Shown here: in pieces, positions 48,097 through 56,117 of the stretch | Position numbering within the stretch: the first letter of the stretch is position 1 | Layout: each line of letters starts with the position of its first letter | Source: a virus | IMG/VR virus record: IMGVR_UViG_3300049719_000225 | Span: 34,116-98,115 of that record | Strand: one strand, 5' to 3' | DNA length: 64,000 nucleotides | The notes under the pieces: model-generated | Database searches by the model: none | What the model was told of the DNA's origin: nothing | What the model saw: only the letters and a program-made list of their open reading frames with translations | Translations under genes and position numbers: made by a program

Positions 48097-48109
48097 CCCT
48101 CTGAAGAAC

Positions 48110-49540
48110 TCAGACCAGTTCCGTGTGGGTGTACTGGCTGATGTTGTGCTGGAACCTGGCAATCGGTCCAGCGGTGAAATCGTACACCCAGGCCATAGCA
48201 CCACGCTTCTGGTGGTTGAATCCCTTGAGTCGATGCCACTCGTTGGGGGCGGTGAGGCCGGGGATGTACTCCACGCTCACCCCCTGCTCTTCCAGAGCGG
48301 CAGGTATGGAGCTGCCCTTGCGATGCTGATCCCCCAGGTGAAATTCCCGGTATTCGGTCTCAGCCCAATCTTTGCGGCACTCGTTGGCCATCAGTGATGC
48401 CAGTCTTATCTGGCTGACGGAATGACCGTGTTCATAGCCTATCAGAGTGCTGCCAAAGCGATGAAACTTGTAGGGGGACGACGTGGCGTTGATGTGTATG
48501 TTCTCGTCGTTCCTGAAATACGCCCTGAGCAAGTGCGCCAGGGTGAAGTCGGCCATCCTGCTGTGATTTCCAGGTATTTCGTAGATGAAAAGCTCCTTCG
48601 CCACCTCTCTGAGTTTCTTCACCATCTCGATGGCGATGGCCTCGGCCCGCTCGTAAACGTGGTGCCAGGCTACGGCCTCAGGCTGGTTCGTTCCCGCAGT
48701 GGTGGTATGGAAGACAGTGTCCGAGTGAACGAAGTCGTTGCCGAACGGTAGGAAGGCCTGCTCGAACGGTCCAAACACCAACCCTTTCTCCGTGAGATCA
48801 TCGATTGCTGACATGATATGGGCGGCGGAAAGGTCAATGTTCCAGGGAGCATCCGCTTCTGGCCTCTCGCACAGGAGCCCGATGTGCGGATCCATGATGC
48901 AGATCTCAAAGGCACGTCGATAGGGAAGTTTCTTCTTGCGCAGCTCTGGGATGGGGAAGTGGGGCGCGTGCTCCTCAAGGCGCTTCAGGAGCGCCTGACC
49001 GGCGAGGATTTGCGGGCTCTTTCGTTTCAGCCACACCTTCACCTGCCACAGCTCCTCGTGGAAAGGTACGCTGCTGCCCCGGGTCCAGAGTGTTGATTGC
49101 TCACCGTGAAGGCCCGTGGAGATCTTTGCCTTGTCGCCTGCACCTCCAACCGTGGTGGCGGGCTCTCTCATGGCCACCTCCCACTTGTTTATCGTGTGCC
49201 GTTCGACCTCCCAGGTGGTCAGGTCCACCTTGGTTGCAGCCAGAAGCTGTTCGAGACTCTTAATCTGACTGGAACAGGAGGATGCGATTGCAGAATCCTT
49301 GTCTGTATCGAGAGTTACATGACGCTTGGGCTCAGCCTGTGGCACTCTAAGTGTGCACCCTGGTACCCGTTTTGGGAGTATTTCAAGCTGTTTACGCAGC
49401 CTGGAAAGGATGCCTCGTAAACTTGAAGAGGCGTACTCAGGGAACTGGGCCTTTAGATCTGACGGCCTCACTCCAGGATTGTCTCTCAGAATGTCTCGTA
49501 ATTTGTCGCAGTTTGTCGGCCCGTCATGCGGCGTTGGCAT
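48110..49540 (-). CDS. metallophosphoesterase with N-terminal HTH-like region
   Basis: DPHIG, GND.VH, PGNH, EHGH, HLGD.H. Confidence 0.85.
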   Translation of the reverse strand: MPTPHDGPTNCDKLRDILRDNPGVRPSDLKAQFPEYASSSLRGILSRLRKQLEILPKRVPGCTLRVPQAEPKRHVTLDTDKDSAIASSCSSQIKSLEQLLAATKVDLTTWEVERHTINKWEVAMREPATTVGGAGDKAKISTGLHGEQSTLWTRGSSVPFHEELWQVKVWLKRKSPQILAGQALLKRLEEHAPHFPIPELRKKKLPYRRAFEICIMDPHIGLLCERPEADAPWNIDLSAAHIMSAIDDLTEKGLVFGPFEQAFLPFGNDFVHSDTVFHTTTAGTNQPEAVAWHHVYERAEAIAIEMVKKLREVAKELFIYEIPGNHSRMADFTLAHLLRAYFRNDENIHINATSSPYKFHRFGSTLIGYEHGHSVSQIRLASLMANECRKDWAETEYREFHLGDQHRKGSSIPAALEEQGVSVEYIPGLTAPNEWHRLKGFNHQKRGAMAWVYDFTAGPIARFQHNISQYTHTELV

Positions 49541-49578
49541 GGAGTAACTACTCACGTACGGATAGAACAGATACCAAA

Positions 49579-49655
49579 TGGTCGGAATGGCGGGCTTTGC
49601 TCCCGCGACCTCACGGCCCCCAGCCGTGCGCTCTACTGAACTAAGCTACATTCCG
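49579..49655 (-). tRNA. tRNA-Pro(GGG)
   Basis: Cloverleaf with CCA. Confidence 0.85.
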
Positions 49656-49932
49656 AAAGGGCCGCCTCTTTCAGCGGAGTCACACCACTCATTGGTTGCC
49701 GTTAAGCACCGTGACCAGCATTTAGGGGGCATACCCTCGCTCTGACACGGCCCTTTACCCAGGTGTCGGGATTAAATACAACCCCGCTACGGAGCGGGGA
49801 GGAGACGCATCACCTCCTTTCTTAACGGATGGGGTGCCGGTGCTCAGGCGGCTGGTGGTTGTCACTTGCGGTGGCCACCCCTTCGTCTGGAACCTTTCAG
49901 CTCCTGCAAGTAGGCACTTATCTAACCCCAAG

Positions 49933-50008
49933 TGGTCGTCACGAAGGGACTCGCACCCCTGATCCTCTCCATGTCGAGGAGATGCCTTAGCTGCTGGGCT
50001 ACGTGACG
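49933..50008 (-). tRNA. tRNA-Val(GAC)
   Basis: Cloverleaf with CCA. Confidence 0.8.
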
Positions 50009-50071
50009 AAATGGTTACGAAAAGCGCGGCGTGTTACCCTGGGCGGCTGTGAGCCGATCTTAACGCTGAAA

Positions 50072-50145
50072 TGGCTCCCAGGGAAGGATTCGCACCTCCA
50101 CGAAACGGGTCAGGGCCGTTGATGCTACTGTTACATTACCTGGGA
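50072..50145 (-). tRNA. tRNA-Gln(CTG)
   Basis: Cloverleaf with CCA. Confidence 0.8.
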
Positions 50146-50721
50146 ATAAAGTCGCCCTGCCAGACAGGATGCTCCTGCACTTCCCGGGAGCGCTCTCCGG
50201 GATGTTCTTGGTGTTTGAACTACTGGCAAGATGGCTGCTAGGGAGGGACTCGCACCTTCATAATCCCGATTAACAGTCGGGGGCTCTACTATTGAGCTAC
50301 CTAGCAATGAAAGTTTTGAGTGTTCCTCTGCGTGACAGTTGGCGCATATAAGATCACATTTTCTAGCCTCTTCCCGAACGGCTTTCTGAGACACCCATTT
50401 TCTCAAGCCCGTTACGCCAATGTTTATTTTACGACCGTCACGTTTAACCAAGCACCTATTCCCTATCGGTTTTCTATGGTGAAAGTGAAGAGCATCTAAG
50501 CATCTTGAGTACCCACATCGCTTACATTTACCTCCGTGCTCTATTTTCAGAGTTGTTAAAAACTTCCTTCTATTTTCCCGTCGTTTCGACTTTGCGTACT
50601 CACGATACTCGTTTGTAGCATGCCAAGCTACTGTGCTTTTGGTGAGACCCGTGATGGAGCAAATTTCCCTGCGGCTTTTGCCCTCTTTTAAGAACTGTTC
50701 CACTAATTCTCTAGTGCCCAT
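50131..50721 (-). CDS. HTH-HNH homing endonuclease
   Basis: GGKCKRCGY..ALHFHH..KCDLICANCHAEEH. Confidence 0.87.
   Translation of the reverse strand: MGTRELVEQFLKEGKSRREICSITGLTKSTVAWHATNEYREYAKSKRRENRRKFLTTLKIEHGGKCKRCGYSRCLDALHFHHRKPIGNRCLVKRDGRKINIGVTGLRKWVSQKAVREEARKCDLICANCHAEEHSKLSLLGSSIVEPPTVNRDYEGASPSLAAILPVVQTPRTSRRALPGSAGASCLAGRLYSQVM
50232..50306 (-). tRNA. tRNA-Asn(GTT)
   Basis: Cloverleaf with CCA. Confidence 0.86.
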
Positions 50722-50767
50722 GACTTAACTAAGAATGGTCATTTTTATGTCCCGCTCTCCAGGTGAA

Positions 50768-50842
50768 TGGTGGTTCGTGAGGGACTCGCACCCCCGTAGG
50801 TTGCATGTGACGCAACTATCCTAGCTGCTAGATGAACGAACC
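50768..50842 (-). tRNA. tRNA-Val(CAC)
   Basis: Cloverleaf with CCA. Confidence 0.82.
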
Positions 50843-50848
50843 GGATAA

Positions 50849-50928
50849 TGGTGCACTGGGAGGGACTCGCACCCCCGATCATTGCCTGCGTGTAAAACAG
50901 GTGCCCTGGCTGCTAGGCTGACCAATGC
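50849..50928 (-). tRNA. tRNA-Val(TAC)
   Basis: Cloverleaf with CCA. Confidence 0.8.
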
Positions 50929-51155
50929 AAAGTTTTACCCAGACGGGGGCCTTCAGCGACAGGCGGCAGCCCCACCTTCGTGTTACTCCCTTTCGTCAGC
51001 ACCCTGTGATGCCGGGGTCCTCATCAGCCCGCGACTTGCGGCCCGAGCCTTCCACCACCTCATCTCGCGGATCAGCCACGTCTTATTTGGCGGCAGTGGT
51101 CTGGCAGACTGACTTCCTGCTCTTAAGATGCGCTTCATACGCACTCCTGGGTAAA

Positions 51156-51232
51156 TGGCGGGCACGACCGGACTTGCACCGGCTGACACTGGATTGACAA
51201 TCCAGGGATTCGACTCCTTCATCTCCGTACCC
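51156..51232 (-). tRNA. tRNA-Asp(GTC)
   Basis: Cloverleaf with GCCA end. Confidence 0.83.
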
Positions 51233-51368
51233 ATAAAGGCTGGGAGGAGAGTGGACTGTTCACCACCCGTCCTTTCGAGCCGCCAACCGTGCCCGGATCC
51301 CAGGCCGTGCCAGCGGTGAGTCAAACAACTCGATTGCTCTGTACATCTCTGAGCTATCCTCCCGTAAA

Positions 51369-51512
51369 TGGTGCAAGGTGATGGAGTCGAACCACCGGCG
51401 TGCAGTTTGTGTATGAAGTATCCCGCGTCTACGCTACTGGTTTCCCGCCACGGTTTCCCGGGATCAGGCGACTCAGGTATGTGTTACTGTGCTACCGTTA
51501 CACTAAACTCGC
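51369..51512 (-). ncRNA. tRNA-Y RNA chimera (Y stem replaces the anticodon loop)
   Basis: tRNA 5' half, then GCCTGATCCC..GTAGCGTAGACGCGGGATACTTC, then T-arm and ACCA. Confidence 0.7.
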
Positions 51513-51515
51513 AAA

Positions 51516-51592
51516 TGGTCCGAGTGAAGGGATTCGCACCCCCGATCTCCTGCTCCCAAAGCAGGCGCGTTACTAGGCTTCGCTACACTCGG
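51516..51592 (-). tRNA. tRNA-Pro(TGG)
   Basis: Cloverleaf with CCA. Confidence 0.86.
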
Positions 51593-52001
51593 AAAGGGAC
51601 GGGGTTTATGAGTCCTGGAACCCCCACAGGGCGGTATGTCTCCGCTTGCTCGCACCAACGGGAGTCGAACCCGCCCCTTCTCATAGGAGGTATGCAGTCC
51701 GCCACACTCTGATGTCTGCAACAGGTGATTTCGCTGACGAAATGGTGCGTTCTTTCCCGCCGTCACAGTGCGCCACAAGGCTTCACAGGCCCCCTGCGCA
51801 TATCGTGTTTTCGTACACGTCTGGGCTTTGGAGGCCCAGAACGTCAGATTTATCTTCTGACATACCAGTGTTTTGTTGGACGAGGCCCCCATAAAATGGT
51901 GTGCCAGCAAACTCTGGCACTAAATGGAGGGGGCCGCAGGATTTTCACCTGCATTCGCGCCTTAGAAGGGCGCAGTCCTATGTGGTCATAGATGTTCAAA
52001 A

Positions 52002-52078
52002 TGGTGGACACGGCAGGCTTCGCTCCTGCGACACGCGGCTCTTCAGACCGCTGTTCTACTGGGCTGAACTACGAGTCC
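52002..52078 (-). tRNA. tRNA-Phe(GAA)
   Basis: Cloverleaf with CCA. Confidence 0.83.
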
Positions 52079-52083
52079 ATTCT

Positions 52084-52164
52084 CGGGGAACAAGCGGCAA
52101 CGGGTACGCCCTTGCGGGCGATCTTGTTGTTGGAATAAGAAGTATCCGTCACCTAACGCCACCG
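52084..52164 (-). ncRNA. Y RNA-like element 3
   Basis: CGGTGGCGTTAGGTGACGGATACTTC..CCGTTGCCGCTTGTTCCCCG; nearly identical to the 38378 copy. Confidence 0.75.
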
Positions 52165-52167
52165 AAA

Positions 52168-52242
52168 TGGGTGCAGAGACCGGACTCGCACCGGCGACCT
52201 TGTGGTTATGAGCCACACGAGCTGCTACTGCTCCACTCTGCA
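52168..52242 (-). tRNA. tRNA-Met(CAT), initiator-like body
   Basis: GAGC..GCTC D-arm; CTCATAA loop. Confidence 0.8.
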
Positions 52243-52384
52243 AAGTGACAGGAAACCAAACGCCGGGGTGCGCTACATCCCCGAACCTCCGCGTGTTTTG
52301 CAGCCGCGTCCTCTGCGTCTATGAGATAGCCGCTCAGTTTCCCTATTGACGTTGGATGTGCAAGACACCACGTAGTCACTAAAA

Positions 52385-52460
52385 TGGCACGGACGGCAGG
52401 TATTGCGCCTGCATGGAACGGTTTTGGAGACCGTCGCCTTACTTGTCGAGCCACGTCCGT
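52385..52460 (-). tRNA. tRNA-Trp(CCA)
   Basis: Cloverleaf with GCCA end. Confidence 0.83.
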
Positions 52461-52539
52461 ATGAGAAGGCTCTGGAGGCAGGAGTCTCACCTGCGGTCTC
52501 ACCGTGCGCACAGATCGGCCTAGTTCGTCCACCCCAGAA

Positions 52540-52614
52540 TGGTCCTCCAGTCCGGTACTGCCCCGGCGTCAAAGCCTTATCGAGACTCCGCTCTACTATT
52601 TGAGCTACAGGAGG
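52540..52614 (-). tRNA. tRNA-Ile(GAT)
   Basis: Cloverleaf with CCA. Confidence 0.8.
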
Positions 52615-52689
52615 AAATTGTCATGGAGAGAGGCCTCCCTCATGTGATTATTTTGGCACGGACTCCCACCGTTTGTGATACCTCGAAGA

Positions 52690-52777
52690 TGGTCCAGGCG
52701 ACAGGACTCGCACCTGTGAAGCCCGTTAGGGCGGTTGATTTACAGTCAACTGGCATAGCTGCTCGCACCACACCTGG
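52690..52777 (-). tRNA. tRNA-Tyr(GTA)
   Basis: Cloverleaf with V-arm. Confidence 0.83.
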
Positions 52778-52969
52778 AAATGGGTGTAGGCGAGGTACGT
52801 GACCACCTCTACGTCAGGTTATGATCCTACACGAGCACTTGCATACCTACAAAGACTCTCCGCTGTAATGCTCACCCAACTGTTTGCCCGCACTCGGCCT
52901 ATGGCCTGCTTTAGGGGTTGGGAGTGACTACGCCTGCACTACACTTTCGTCTGGCGAAGGAACGGAGAA

Positions 52970-53044
52970 TGGAGCCCCAGCGGGGTAATGCTCCCCGTAC
53001 TCAAGTTTGGAAAACTCACATGTATCTATCAACACTTCTGAGGC
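52970..53044 (-). tRNA. tRNA-Gly(TCC)
   Basis: Cloverleaf with TCCA end. Confidence 0.8.
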
Positions 53045-53251
53045 AAATTGAGCGGGGCACAGGTTGCCCTGTGCCCCTATCCAGGGTGTGAAAATATGCG
53101 GTTGGGTCCAACGAGCTAGGCTCTCCCCTTGACCTTGCGGTATGCGCACACTCACATGCCGGTGATTTCTCACCGGGAAATTATGCCGCACCCTACACTG
53201 TAAGGGGTGTTGGGCATAACGCCATGACCCCTCCATTTCAGTAGCGGCAGA

Positions 53252-53327
53252 TGGTGGAGATGATGGGAGTCGCACCCACGGCCTATTCAATGCCATTGAA
53301 TCGCTCTGCTAACTGAGCTACATCCCC
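53252..53327 (-). tRNA. tRNA-Ala(GGC)
   Basis: G3:U70; cloverleaf. Confidence 0.87.
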
Positions 53328-53400
53328 GAAAATGCAGAGGGCGCTGGTTGGGCGTCCTCGTTGCTCCTTCCACACTTACCCGTTGGTGGATGAGTCAAAT

Positions 53401-53820
53401 TGGTGGACCTGGCGGGAGTCGCGCCCGCGTTCTCAAACCTCTTCTCAGCGTCGTCTACAAGCTTGTTCACCGTTTTGGTTTTCGTTCCCGGGATCGGCCA
53501 GTGACGGCTTACCCCGGGACTTATCTCACGCAGTCAGCCGTGTCGTCGTGAGCCAACGAGCACTGCAGCATCATTGAATAGATGGTTGATGCTGACCACC
53601 TCAGCTAGCCGTGGATCGTGTGATCAGGCGAACTGAACTGCCTCCACGTCAACGTAACCAGAGGCGGCGAGAAACTCGTCGGCCTCGGCCACGGAGGGCG
53701 CGAAGTCAGGGCTTGCGATGTTATCGTTAGCACTTGTGTTTTGGCCCCTTTTGAAAGGAGGGATCAATCCTTGCTTGCAGGCGCTGCGAATCAGCATGAG
53801 TAGAATGCTGGTACAGGCCC
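53401..53820 (-). ncRNA. ssrA: tmRNA
   Basis: GGGCCTG/CAGGTCC-ACCA with G3:U70; tag ORF 53731..53624 ANDNIASPDFAPSVAEADEFLAASGYVDVEAVQFA*. Confidence 0.9.
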
Positions 53821-54004
53821 AAAGAGTAGCCCAGACCGGGTTGGCCGGTCTGGGCAGCGATACATGCTAACGGCTAAGACTTTTCAGGTGAAATTGGTTG
53901 GCCCATCCTTCCCCCGTGACGCTTTAGTCCCGACACACTCTTCGTGCATCTGTCACAGGTTTTCGGCAGGGCTCACCTTTGTACTATTGAGCATTGGTGT
54001 AAAC

Positions 54005-54080
54005 TGGTGGAGACGACGGGGGTTGCACCCGTTACCCCCTCGTTGCGAACGAGGCGCTCTGCTAGTTGAGCTACATCCCC
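54005..54080 (-). tRNA. tRNA-Ala(CGC)
   Basis: G3:U70; cloverleaf. Confidence 0.86.
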
Positions 54081-54084
54081 GAGG

Positions 54085-54155
54085 TGGAGCAGCAGGATGG
54101 ACTTGAACCACCGTCTATGGGTTACCCCAAAGTTCTTTCTCTGAACTACTGCTGC
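54085..54155 (-). ncRNA. tRNA-like RNA with a GTAA tetraloop instead of an anticodon loop
   Basis: GCAGCAG/CTGCTGC-T-CCA; TGGG-GTAA-CCCA. Confidence 0.68.
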
Positions 54156-54158
54156 AAA

Positions 54159-54234
54159 TGGTGGACCTAGCGGGCTTTGCTCCCGCCACCCCCTGCTTGC
54201 AAAGCAGGTGCTCTTCTGAATGAGCTACAGGCCC
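54159..54234 (-). tRNA. tRNA-Ala(TGC)
   Basis: G3:U70; cloverleaf. Confidence 0.86.
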
Positions 54235-54239
54235 GAGAG

Positions 54240-54313
54240 TGGAAGCGCGTACCCGTAATGCTCGGGTTTAAGCCGGGTTGCAACCGGATGGATCACTTTT
54301 CTCCCAACGCGCT
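54240..54313 (-). tRNA. tRNA-Cys(GCA)
   Basis: U73; cloverleaf. Confidence 0.78.
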
Positions 54314-54961
54314 ACAAATTTGTGAAAGCTGCCCAGCATAAAACTCAAACAACCCAGATCGTGCCCCTTTCAACGCCAGAGCACATGTACCGAAGGGGAT
54401 TTTACGTTTTGTCTTTTTAGAGGAGGACTTGCTTCTGAACCGATAGATGCGAATCTTTTCTTTCTCTATCCCGCACCATTTCCAGTAATCGCGTACATCA
54501 TCATCGGTGACAGTATCCTCTGGATGTATATGTATGGCTGCGATAAAATTTTCAGCCCCGTGCCCAAACCTGCCAGCCCACAGTATCATTTCCCTTACGG
54601 CTACTCGATCTGAATTTGAAAACCCCCACGAACGCCTATACTTGGCCCCTTCTCCCCAGTAAAGTCCTGCGCATAAGGCATCTCTCAGAGACAGTTTTGA
54701 TTCTAGGCCTAGCTTAAACTGAGTTTCTCTAAGTTGGGTGTAGTGTTTCTGGCGGGTCTGTTGCGCAGTTCGTATGTTTTTGACCATCATTGCATGCCTG
54801 TCCTTGGTCACGAATCCTTTTGGCCACGAATACCCAAATTTGTTGACCCAACAGATGATCGTTCTCTTTGGAACGCCCATAACGAGGGCAATTTGATCGG
54901 CAGAATGACCCTTCTCTCGTAGAACCTTAAACTGCTCAATTACTTCTTTTGAATGCGCCAT
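54293..54961 (-). CDS. HTH plus LAGLIDADG-like endonuclease
   Basis: N-terminal HTH; AGLYWGEGAK..FSNSD..YW..PFGTC. Confidence 0.7.
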   Translation of the reverse strand: MAHSKEVIEQFKVLREKGHSADQIALVMGVPKRTIICWVNKFGYSWPKGFVTKDRHAMMVKNIRTAQQTRQKHYTQLRETQFKLGLESKLSLRDALCAGLYWGEGAKYRRSWGFSNSDRVAVREMILWAGRFGHGAENFIAAIHIHPEDTVTDDDVRDYWKWCGIEKEKIRIYRFRSKSSSKKTKRKIPFGTCALALKGARSGLFEFYAGQLSQICSALGEK

Positions 54962-55175
54962 AGTTAACTAACTACTATGGATCAGTGCGAAATGGTGCAC
55001 GGCCTTACTACTTGGCTAAACGTCCGAAAGTTTTCAGCGGCTTACTAGGCTTGGTTATTGCAAGGCAGGTATCTCTAGGCGCTAGACCCCGCTCGTGCTC
55101 TCCTACGCGAGTCCCGCAACGTTTCAGGATACTCGTACGACTGGAGCGCAACCCATCTTGCGACAGGCACTGAAA

Positions 55176-55250
55176 TGGTGCGAGCGAAGTGATTCGCACA
55201 CTCGTGGTTCACCTTGGCAAGGTGATGCCTGACTTCTAGGCTACGCTCGC
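55176..55250 (-). tRNA. tRNA-Gly(GCC)
   Basis: Cloverleaf with CCA. Confidence 0.83.
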
Positions 55251-55256
55251 ATGAAA

Positions 55257-55331
55257 TGGAGGCCCCAACGGGATTCCCACCCGTGTAAACGCCGTGAAAG
55301 GGCGGTGTCCTGAGTCCTAGACGATGAGGCC
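55257..55331 (-). tRNA. tRNA-Glu(TTC)
   Basis: Cloverleaf with CCA. Confidence 0.85.
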
Positions 55332-55795
55332 GAAAGTGTTCGCCAGGGAGCATCGCTCACCTGGCGAGATACCAGCACTGCTTTGTCTCCCTAGTCCACG
55401 ACAGAGCCAACCCGCAGGTTGGCGTAGTGGCAGACATCAGGAGGAACGTTACGATTGGGTACGTACACCGTCCACAGCACCAGTCGAACACGTCATTATA
55501 CTCTGACGCAGGCCCAGATTGAACTGGGTGAGTCTGCTGGTTAGCTTCCAGCAGCGCTCCGTGATTATCGCTCTCACGGTGAGCTATGCCCGAGTCACCT
55601 CGGACAAACGTTGTGCACCTCTCTTCGTCCTTCACAGGCCCGGCTCTGTAGCCTTCCTGGTTTTAGGGTCCCACAAAACTCGGTGGTTAAGGTCGAGGTG
55701 GCCATTTTACATCTTGCGTGCCTTCACGGGGTGACTTTTACCCCGAGGGCTTGAAGCCCTTTGAAACTTGATAGAGTGTGTAAAGAACTACTAAC

Positions 55796-55826
55796 AAAAA
55801 ACCCGCCCCATTTCTGGAGGGCGGGT
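55796..55826 (-). terminator. intrinsic terminator of the tail operon
   Basis: ACCCGCCC..GGGCGGGT followed by T6 on the minus strand. Confidence 0.75.
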
Positions 55827-56117
55827 CTCAAAGAGCTTGCGACTGTTCGCGGCTGTTACGAGGTTGCGCCCTCCACGGGATGGTTGGTCCCCTGATTACG
55901 GCTATCGCCTTCGACGGCGAGCGACGTAAACGGTGACTTTATGGCTGTTGGTTGATAGATCACGGAAGGAGAAAGGGGGATGAGGTGTGAGTGGCGTGTT
56001 GCCTTAACTAACGTTGGTACGTGTCTGATAGAATGGCTGCTTCGATAAAAGTGAAGCCCAAAATAAAAGACAACACACAGGTGATTGATTCCATGCAAGT
56101 TAAAATGTGTTTTTGTT

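Noticed and set aside
49809-49822. 16S rRNA fragment (ATCACCTCCTTTCT)
   Set aside because: Only 14 nt match and there is no other rRNA sequence around it.
50985-51030. Hammerhead ribozyme (CTGATGA..GAAA on the minus strand)
   Set aside because: Stems II and III could not be paired around the core.
51925-51990. Additional tRNA-Arg(TCT)
   Set aside because: The 5' acceptor strand and D-arm are missing, so it is a likely relic. Similarly degenerate elements at 50150-50229, 52468-52538 and 52781-52851 were not called.
39226-55734. Numerous 60-210 aa ORFs across the RNA island
   Set aside because: They are shadow translations of tRNA/ncRNA genes or of the repeat array (e.g. 44818, 44960, 47135), with no protein motifs.
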